Source: Balanoglossus misakiensis (taxonomy: Eukaryota > Animalia > Hemichordata). Taken from it: a DNA stretch of 64,000 nucleotides. The position numbers and the translations under genes are program-made. Of the stretch, positions 55,001-64,000 are shown one piece after another (the stretch's first letter is position 1; every line of letters starts with the position of its first letter). The notes beneath the pieces are model-generated. The model ran no database searches, was not told the origin of the DNA, and saw only the letters and a list, made by a program, of their open reading frames with translations. Location of the stretch: positions 9,227,625-9,291,624 of the forward strand of contig CM082579.2 of assembly GCA_040954595.2 (NCBI GenBank), read 5' to 3'.

Positions 55001-58000
55001 GTGAACGTTAATGGTTTTGATATAATTTCATAAATCCGTATTATCTCGGGTGAATTGCTCTAGTGCCTGATTTTGTGTGTTGTTTCCATGGCACTGTTCC
55101 GCCATTGCATATCTGGTGCCTTGATATTTCAATCTGTGCGACTTGCCAAGTGCACTGGAAAAAAAATCCTCAGTCATTTTCTCGGCCTCATTGTAAATGT
55201 ACACCCAGCCTTCCCCTGTGACATTTCCACGTGGAAAAAAACACGCGGATTCATTTTCCTTTGAAGGTACCGCCGGTCTTTGAAGTTTGATGCGCAAGGC
55301 AACAACAAATCTTTTTGCGTCTTCCAGAGAGCCTAATGAAGTTGCACGGATTTTGCAACAAAATTGCGATCTCCAGGGGGAGTCGGAATATTTCTACGAA
55401 ACTACACGTAACTACCCTACAGAAGAGAAAAAAATCACTTAAAATTGCCCTTTAAAAATTATTGAATACAGAATAGCTTTTGATTGCCGTACCAGCTTCA
55501 CTTAAAAAGCTGAATTCGTGTTTACACCAAATCCCAACCAAGTGTATTTGAACAGCTACTTTGCGAAAAAAATAATTTCTCTCAAGTCTTTGCGGCCCAA
55601 TTTGCCACACTTTGCAAAGACTTGCCTGGAGCATAGACATTTGCTACCTATGCCCTGAGTCAGCTAACCATGCACACCCATTTACGCCATTACTCAGGAC
55701 TCTGCGTAAAACTATGGTGATGTCTATTTGTTCTCTTCCAAAAGGTGAACAATCAACTCTTTCCAGAATAAACAAGTGCCAACTTTATCTGGTTTCTTAG
55801 AGATTATCAATAATATAACGCACTTGCAGGCAAATGCATGCACTTCAGACTTGGCACTGGTTAAAACCGCCCTGGTTGTGGCTCTTGTTGATGTGTGACG
55901 TGTGCAAGTGTGTCAGTTTTTGTTCTAAATTGCTCTTAATCTATAACAACAGTCCCCAATACCTCAATCCTGCTTACTGAATACTGAATGTTTACAATGT
56001 GTGGTGTTTTCTGTTTGTTTACCATTGAAATGTCTATCAGTAAGTCTGTTTTCTTTGTGATAATACTGATAAACAACTTTGACAGTTATGCCAGGGAGTG
56101 TGTATAAACGAGATATGATTTGACAGTATGATTTCAAATAAATAAATCTCAAATTCGCTTTTTGCTAAACTGTATCTTGCAACATTTCTGTTGTTCTTTA
56201 CCATAGATACCAGAGAAAATCCTGACTAGCTTTGAATACTTGGTGAAATTATTGAGAGTGAATTGGTGTCGGCTAAGGGGTCACATAAGTGGATGTACAT
56301 GATTGAACATACATATCAGTTCATAATTCTGTCAAATTCAGTCACAATGTAATTATAAATGTGTTGGCCTTTGCAAGACCATGGAAAGGGGAGTTGCCTG
56401 ATAAGCATATCTGCAGATAAAGTTGGAATCGGTAACTTGATGTCATAAAAAAAACCCAGGCCTTCTGGTCATTGTCGCTAAACATCACCAAAATTTATTG
56501 CCACACAAATACATGTAAACCAGTCATTAAAAGCCAAATGTAGTCGTTGACCATTTGATGTTTGTTCTATTATTCATGTTAACCCTCTAACCACCGTGGT
56601 TTGGTCTATATCCATTGTTTTCTCTGGTACAGTTGGACCACTACATTGGGAAATGGGGGGGGGGGTTGTAACAGCCGTTCTGTGAGTGGTTTTCTTTCCC
56701 TTTCACATGCAGTATCATCACGTGTATGCACTAATTCAGTGCACATACCGAGGTAATTTTGAAATAGGCAGCCTAGCCACTAATGTATATATATACATGC
56801 AAGTAATTTGACTGGAAAAGTGTGATAGGACATCAACATTCACAAACAGCGTGGTACGGTCAGCGACTTTGTCAGAAAAATACTTTGTAAAGGTCTTTGT
56901 ACTTGTATCAGAAGTTTTGGCTGAAGGCCATGTAGTTGTATAGATGACATCACAAATAAAATGTCATGTAAATTATATGCAGTGGAGTCCTTGAACCCTG
57001 GAGAGAATGGGCACAGTGGCATCTGGGATGAAATTGAGAAGACAATGGTTTGGAACAAATAACTGTTTAATCAAATAAATTAAATAAGTTATTATCCTGA
57101 ACAACTAAAAACGAGGCGAGGTTGATCTCTGAACTGTACATTTTAATGCGGTCTTGATAGCACAATTACTAAAAATACATACCAGGCACATGCTTCTTAT
57201 TTTAGCAATTATGCATACTTCTACTTCTCGCCTCATATGTTGCCAGAACAAAAACCAGAATGTCATGCCGTGTAAACAGAACGTGATGATATAATGGGTG
57301 AATGAACTAGGACAGCTGTCATTAAAATCACCGTCATTTTTGGCATTGTGTTGATTTGATAGCTAGGGAAATTGATTTTTTTGTTAGCAGTGTTTGTTGA
57401 TAAAAAAAAGCAATCCAGGAAATATAGTTCAGTTTCTGTCATTCTATAAATGTGATGTGCCACATTAATCAGTTTGTAATTTTTAGTTTCTTTCAAAGTT
57501 GACATTTTTGTTGGAAGTACATACATGTATTAACAACTTTACTTAGCACTATTGAAGTGCTATGAAAGCTAGTTTTAAGTATGAGAAATTTGTTTTGTCC
57601 TTGTTTATTTGGCAGCTGTCATTCAAATTTGATATAGCAGTAGTCTCGTTGGATTATATAAGTTGTAAGCATAAAAGTTCAGAATAAGAATTATAGAATT
57701 TAGAAAATTGCATGTATTGCTTGGCCAAATCCATCTAATTCTGGTGCAATACATGTTGTTTTCTGTTAGCGAGAGTTATTTTTAGCATTGAATGTTGTTT
57801 ATTGGTTAAGTAAACAAACGAGCTGCATTTACTGAGTGTGTCACCATGAACTAAGCTGGTAGTTAGTGACAAAACATGACAAAACATCCCTTGTCGGAAA
57901 CCCTCTAGTTATTTGGAATTTCTTGAAACCATATGCTCAACACGTGTTTGTAGGGCTTCTCGTATGAAACAATTGTTGCCTGTAAAAATGATGCACCAGG

Positions 58001-59714
58001 ACTCAACTGTCTGTCTATTAAAAAAACACAAAAGGTCGTAAAAACTATAACAGGATGTTTGGATATTGTATTGAGCTATTACAGGAAATTTGAGTCCTTG
58101 CCTGAGCTGTACTACAAGCAGTGAAGGTGAGACTGGGTCAGCTCCGGGCAAACCCAAGGTTGGGCAGGGTTAGCAAGTTTAGCACTTCATTGTCATAATA
58201 TCTCATTAGCATACAAAGCAGCACAGAGTGCATAAAAAGTTAGTAGCATGTGACATAAGCTGTACATAACCTGAATACAAAAGTAATAGTGGCAATGGGC
58301 TAACTGCATGTAGATGAACTCATGTTTAGCAAATTGTGAAAGATAACATGATCCACATTGATAGCCATTTCAGCAGATGACACTGCTGTTGTTGACAATA
58401 TCAGTTTTGGTAAAATAAAAACGCAGCTTTCCAGTGGAATTTAAAATCAAAAGTGAATATTTACGATTGATCCGTAAAACGCAATACATGTAATGTACTG
58501 ATTTATGTTCTTGCAACATGTGCACATATTTACAAGGAGTGCTGATATCTAAATAATCTAAAAGATAACCAACTGCTATCTCAGCTATTGTGGTCAACAA
58601 AGAATATAAAGTGTAATGCGTAAATTTGATATGTTGTCCTTGACTATCTATCTCTTATTGATACCAATACAAATTTAACAACCGGACTTGGACTGGACTG
58701 ATTCCAGTCTTACGGTTTCAGGGGGCGGGGCTGTGGAAAGGTTCATTAGCTCAGTAGATAGCCCCCGTACCTGTAGTCTATGTAATGTAGGCTTGGTGAG
58801 TTAGCAAGTAAAACATATGTCTGCCAAGGGGTGAGATGTACTGGTAGATGACACAGTTAGCTGACTGTAACAGTTCTGCAAATCTATAATAAAAATGTCC
58901 AACCAGTTAAATTTGATGGCCAACAAAAGAAAATTGAGTTTCAGAAGCTCAGAAATGATAAATGTGACATATCATTTTTGAAGCCTGGGTGACCGTCCCT
59001 GGCAGGATCTCTCATGATTCTATTTTCATTTATCAACATTTATACTGATATTCCACAAAACCCTGATTGCATATTTTGGAAGCTTCTAGTTTTCTGTGAT
59101 GTACGGCTAAATAATAAAATCCCTGTGTGCAATGTATGGACATGCCACTCCACGCTCTGCCGTCCCCAGGCTGTTTTGCCAGATGACGGTATGAGTAGTG
59201 TGGAATTATGTTCGATCACTCCATAAGGATGGAATGAAAAAATCGAAAAGAAACCCTGCAAGTGCCCTGTTGGCAGTGATCGTATTCTTGTTGCTAAGTG
59301 ATGCGCCTCAAGTCTAATGTATGCAAATTGCAGCTGCGCTGTTCCCAAGTGGGTCATGATTCGTGAATTTGCCTCCGAAAGGTAATCGATCAATCCTATT
59401 TTGCAGATTTTTTTTTCTTTTTATGCAGTGATAAAGGTAGAGGCATGCATAATATTTGCCTTTGTATAATGTCAATTGACATGGACCATTGAGTCGTGCT
59501 CGTCATCGGTCAAATAACAACATGACATACTTTTCATGCTGTAAATATGTTTGTACAGTTTCTGCGTCTGTGCACCCAGTTCTACCCACCTGTGTGTCGT
59601 CAATATTGAAATCTGGACAAAACCCAGCGGCCAAATCTTTAAATTACATGCTCAATGTAGGAGTAACTGGCACCACAAGAGTAATACTTTAGAATCTTTA
59701 TTAGATACATGTTC

Positions 59715-60050
59715 AGGTAGTATACGCTCCCCCAGGGACAGTTTTTCGGGAAAATAAGTCCTCTAAACCTTTGAATTCTTCGCTGTATGTGAGCCAGAGT
59801 CAATTTGAAAACAAAGAAGAAAATAGGTTGTTCTCCATCTTGTTTTTATAAAAAAATCTCAATTTTTTTCTCTGTATACAGTGATTGGCGGCCATTTTGA
59901 ATTCCACATTTGAGACAACTTGGCAAGCTCATTCAAAAGTTTGTGTTGTGACCCTCTAGTTTTATCCTCAGTTTTTTGCAAGAATAATCTACAGTTACCT
60001 TTAGCGAAATATGAGAAAGAGTTTAAGAGTTTGATTTTCAAAGTGCATAA
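59715..60050 (+). mobile_element. Family A element copy in the TBC1D1/4 intron
   Basis: Starts AGGTAGTATACGC...GGGACAG like the 8654 copy; internal blocks are shared with 39915-40255. Confidence 0.6.
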
Positions 60051-61801
60051 TCCATGTACCAAAGTTTCTTTACTCTCAGTGCAGAACGCTCTGCCCTCAA
60101 AGTAGGCTTACATTGTACATTCTGTAAGCAGTGATTTTGAGATTTTTCACAGAAGCCGACTTTACTAGTGGACTCTTCTAAATGTCATCTCATGTCACAC
60201 ACACATCTATTATAAGTATTTGGAATGATTTGGTGACTCAGTGTCCTAGTTTTTCATTCAGCCCAAAGCAAAACATTTCAGTGCATTCATGTGCAAACAA
60301 GAAAAGGACACACCTGCCATAATATAGGTCAGTGATTGAAAAGGAAAAAAATGTTTTGCCCCAAGAACTGTGTTTTATTATAGAAAGAGTTGTGAGGCCT
60401 GCCATATACTTTCAGATGAAATCTGATCATTAGGTCCCATTGGTATAGGCCTATATACCATGGGACCTTATGGGATGGGTTGCGTCTGTATGTATGTATG
60501 GATGGATGGATGGATGGATGGATGGATGGATGTATGGATGTATGTCTGTATGTCCGTCCACATCAAAAACTTGAAAACCGCTGCGCGTATCACCTCAATA
60601 TTTGGTGTGTAGGTGCAGGCAGGGCTGTAGATGGGAGTTTGTCCAAACGAAGTTGCCAGGCCCAAAAATATGCAAATTAGCTGGAAAAATGTGAAATTGA
60701 TCAAAACTCTGTAAGTCAACAACTACTGGTCAGATTGCTTTGACAATTGGTATGCATGTACCTTATGTCAACCTCACACCGACCTGTAAGTGTTAAGTTG
60801 ATATCATGGATGTTTTATTTTTTATGAATTTTTTAGCCTTTTGTTAAATTTATACCTTTACTTATACCTCTATGGTTAAGCTATGTCCACGTCTTATTGT
60901 GGAATTCTGGTCTGTGCAATAGTCCTGTACAGTGACTGTCTATTGGTTAGTGAGCACAATGGGGCCAAAATAAAAGGCAAATTTTTGGGCTCACCTGTAA
61001 CACCTGCTTAACACATTAATTATGTGCATACCTAATTCCGGGCTAACTAATAGGGCTAGAGGTTTCGTTCTTGTGAGACATGGACCAGTATAGAGTCAAA
61101 ATTTCTTCCCCAAATTTTGGGTGACCTCAGGTGACCTTTGACCTACTTTCCTATATCTCGGCATCCAGAGCAGGTACAGACTTAGCGTTTGGAGGGTTGG
61201 GACTAAAATTGAAAAGCCAAAATATGGGTCACCTGTGACACCTGCATATCTCATTAATTATGTGCATACCTAATTCCAGGCTAACCAATAGGGCTATAGG
61301 TTTGGTTTTTGTTGAACATGGACCAGTATAGGGTCAAAATTTCTTGCCCAAATTTTGCATGACCTCAGGTGACCTTTGACCTACTTTTCCATATCTTGGC
61401 ATCCAGAGCAGGTACAGACTTGGCGTTTTGAGGGTTGGGACTAAAATTGAAAAGCCAAAATTGGGGCTCACCTGTGACACCTGCATATCTCATTAATTAT
61501 GTGCATACCTAATTCCAGGCTAACCAATAAGGCTATAGGTTTTGTTTTTATTGAACATGGATCAGTATAAGGTCAAAATTTCTTGCCCAAATTTTGCATG
61601 ACCTCAGGTGACCTTTGACCTACTTTATCATATCTTGGCATCCAGAGCAGGTACAGACTTGGCGTTTGGAGGGTTGGGACTAAAATTGAAAAGCCAAAAT
61701 TGGGGGTCACCTGTTACACCTGCATATCTCATTAATTATGTGCATACCTAATTCCAGGCTAACCAATAGGGCTATAGGTTTGTTTTTTGTTGAACATGGA
61801 C

Positions 61802-62718
61802 CAGAGTTTCCGGTAGTTTTTTTCCCCAAGCGTATGCCATACGCAAGAGGTCAATAAAAATGCGTACGAAGGTGATTTAAATGCGTACAATGTATTCATA
61901 TCACACCATTAGCAGACTGTTGCAAAATAATGCAAAACACTTCAAATGGCACACATTGTAACCAAAAAGAATTCTAAACAGACCAAACAGCTATTGACGT
62001 GATTTACGTTTACTGAGACAAATGACGTCGCTTCTATGATCAGTGCCTTGCATATGCCGTTTGATGGCCGATTTTTGAAGATCCCGAGAACCATGCATGA
62101 AAGCATTCTTTTTGCCATATTTTTCACGAACTTTACAGAAAAGCACGAGTGTCTTTTTTTCCGCCGCTTTCGTCGACGTCGTGCCGTAACCACGGATACA
62201 CAAATGTACTCGGCGAGCCACTGATCTTTGAATTCTGTGTGGCCAGTCTTTGCATTCTCTCGCATTTTTTTCACTGGTGGGGCATCCCCCACTGACTCTT
62301 GGTGTTCCGAATCATCGATTTCAGTGGCTTTCTTTCCATTATCAGTAGAGGATTTCGACGTAAATTTAAATGAAAATAAAGTTGACTGTTTTGCCGCCAT
62401 GTTGATCGATATTACACGTACGTGACGCATGGCATGATGATTAGAACGCGCGCTAAACGAAAATTGTTACATTTTATCATGGTCAAGCGTCTGCGCAAAT
62501 GGTTTGGAATGTTGCAATTTTATTCAAAACATGTAAGCGTGCACAAGGTGCTGTCTAGTTTGTCGGTCGTTTGATGAGTCTTTTGTTAGCTCGAACTTTC
62601 AATGGCGAAAACAGAGTCAATTTCATAGCGTACGCCAGACGCACTTGTCGGTTCAATATGCGTATAGAAATTTTCCATTGCGTGTATTACGCACATTTTT
62701 GCGTAACCGGAAACTCTG
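61802..62718 (-). mobile_element. 917-bp hAT-like deletion derivative nested in the HINE array
   Basis: Perfect 13-bp TIRs CAGAGTTTCCGGT / ACCGGAAACTCTG; 6-bp duplication ATGGAC (61796-61801, 62719-62724); GCGTA subterminal repeats at both ends; transposase-like remnant inside. Confidence 0.92.
61991..62400 (-). pseudogene. Frameshifted N-terminus of a hAT-type transposase (ZNF862/C17orf113-like TTF-type zinc finger)
   Basis: aacATGGCGG start at 62400. Joining three frames gives MAAKQSTLFSF...EFKDQWLAE/YPWLRHDVDESGG/KKTLVLFCKVREKYGKKNAFMHGSRDLQKSAIKRHMQGTDH, i.e. FxxxWxxxYPWL...FCxxC...F..G......RH....H with the second Cys read as Arg; no catalytic domain. Confidence 0.75.
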
Positions 62719-64000
62719 ATGGACCAGTATAGGGTCAAAATTTCTTGCCCAAATTTTGCATGACCTCAGGTGACCTTTGACCTACTTTTACATATCTTTG
62801 CATCGAGAGCAGATATGCTTATTGCTATGTTGCTATGTGCTATGTCCTCAAATGGGACCACAGTGTCCTTGACGCTATTTTTTTTTGATACCAGTAGCTC
62901 TTATGTTTGATAACCTTTGAAGTATAAAGAACAGTTAGCTATTTTATGTTTTTCTCAGCAGAATGTGTAAATAAAGAAAATTTATGCTAGTGTAAAGCAA
63001 ACAGTCGTTAAATTTATATGTAGAACTTGAAGCCATGCGATGCATGACACCTGAACCAGCAAATGGGATTGGATGCATACAGTCTATGCAAGAGATCCTG
63101 ACCAATCAGGTACATGCTGTCATAATTAAGATGGATAAATCCAACAAGTGTACAGTAGCTATACTTTTCGATATTAAATGGCCGAGACTCTGACTTACAA
63201 CTTGTATATTGGTGTTTGTACCACTTGTATGTTGATGTAAACATCAACTAAACATTATGCGATTGTGAACTATATCAATGACAGGTGAGCATTGTGGAAA
63301 AATAACATTCTCTGACGTTGGTGTTTGACGTCACATGCATGCTGTGATGCAATTGTTTTATCAACTGCGCTACACTGCATATTTTATTCCAGCCGGTCTC
63401 AATTTAGCTGAACTTTGCACTGTGAGTAATGGCCATGTGTCTGTCTGGAGTTAATCAGTCAGTTTGACAATACAATTGTTTTGATAGTATTAAAGGGACA
63501 AAGTCTCTCTCTCGCTGCAGAACGTTGTTTCTTCTCAGCTCTGTTTCATTGACCAAGGCAGCTTACAGAATCTGGCATGGTTTCAGTTTTAGTATTCTTC
63601 AGAACAAGAATGAGTCACCATAGGTTTTACATGTGTCTCGAATACCACCTTGTTCTGTCGAATTTGCTAAACTGAAATGACATCATATGTTGGTTGGAAG
63701 GGGGGGGGGGCTTCTTGCCATTACGTATGTAGTTTGAAAATAATCCAAAAATATCTTTCGAGGATGTCAGGATGCAAAATATGATAGCGGCCGGCATTTT
63801 TAGGTAGGTGGCAAAATATCGTAGCGGAAGTTGCGTAGGCCGAGAGTTGTAAGACATTGACCCTTCTGTGCGGATATTCGCACAGATTCGGTGGATCGAA
63901 TCTCCAGAGGGCAGCAGAGATGTCAACGACCTCCGAAATCATCAAATTGAGAATTATTTCAGCTGGTCAACCAATTATGTACATTGTGCATGCACAGCTG

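Larger units (their letters stand above)
60961..62812 (+). repeat. ~239-bp tandem repeat array (about 3.9 monomers, the fourth interrupted by an insertion)
   Basis: Anchor TCACCTG recurs at 60991, 61229, 61468 and 61707; the fourth monomer breaks at 61801 and resumes at 62725. Confidence 0.95.
60430..62886 (+). mobile_element. Helentron-associated non-autonomous element (HINE / DINE-1-like) with central tandem array
   Basis: 5' TT, subTIR GGTCCCATT (60433-60441) with nearby inverted partner ATGGGACCT (60460-60468), (GTAT)/(GGAT) microsatellite (~60487-60550), ~239-bp tandem array, 3' subTIR AATGGGACC (62851-62859), stem-loop AGTGTC-CTT-GACGCT (62862-62876), T9 tract; no TSD. Confidence 0.85.

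Noticed and set aside
58745-58820. TAGCTCAGTAGATAG tRNA A-box-like sequence
   Set aside because: No B-box or cloverleaf follows; at most a decayed SINE head.
61796-61803. Alternative 8-bp TSD reading ATGGACCA for the nested element
   Set aside because: It would remove the CA from the left TIR and leave an unpaired TG at the right end; the 6-bp reading gives perfect 13-bp TIRs.
61942-62430. 162-aa ORF as an intact host gene
   Set aside because: It lies wholly inside the TIR element and leaves the zinc-finger frame after WLAE, so it is treated as a transposase pseudogene.
60961-62812. Regularly spaced repeats as a CRISPR-like array
   Set aside because: Whole 239-bp monomers are repeated with no unique spacers, there are no cas genes, and the context is a eukaryotic intron.

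Overview
Eukaryotic, intron-containing animal DNA. The repeat types and mosaic CpG pattern suggest a marine invertebrate deuterostome, which is an inference. Two genes are recognisable, both on +: a complete three-exon MRPL30 (47422-48793, 168 aa) and the first coding exon (PTB domain) of a TBC1D1/TBC1D4 orthologue (51512-52030), whose first intron appears to run to the window end. The first ~47 kb has no recognisable coding gene but retains CpG, is motif-dense, and contains an orphan promoter-like island at ~35.3-35.9 kb. Repeats include four long microsatellites, an intact PIF/Harbinger-type MITE, two dispersed TTAA-flanked MITE-like families and two decayed CR1/L2-type LINE fragments. The clearest structure is a nested insertion in the TBC1D1/4 intron: a Helentron-associated (HINE/DINE-1-like) element with a 239-bp tandem array, interrupted by a hAT-like deletion derivative with a 6-bp target-site duplication and a frameshifted zinc-finger transposase N-terminus. 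TACATGTA and TAGGCCTA palindromes are strongly over-represented and may be transposon excision scars. No prokaryotic system, CRISPR array, tRNA or rRNA is supported, and I cannot claim a wholly new biological system.
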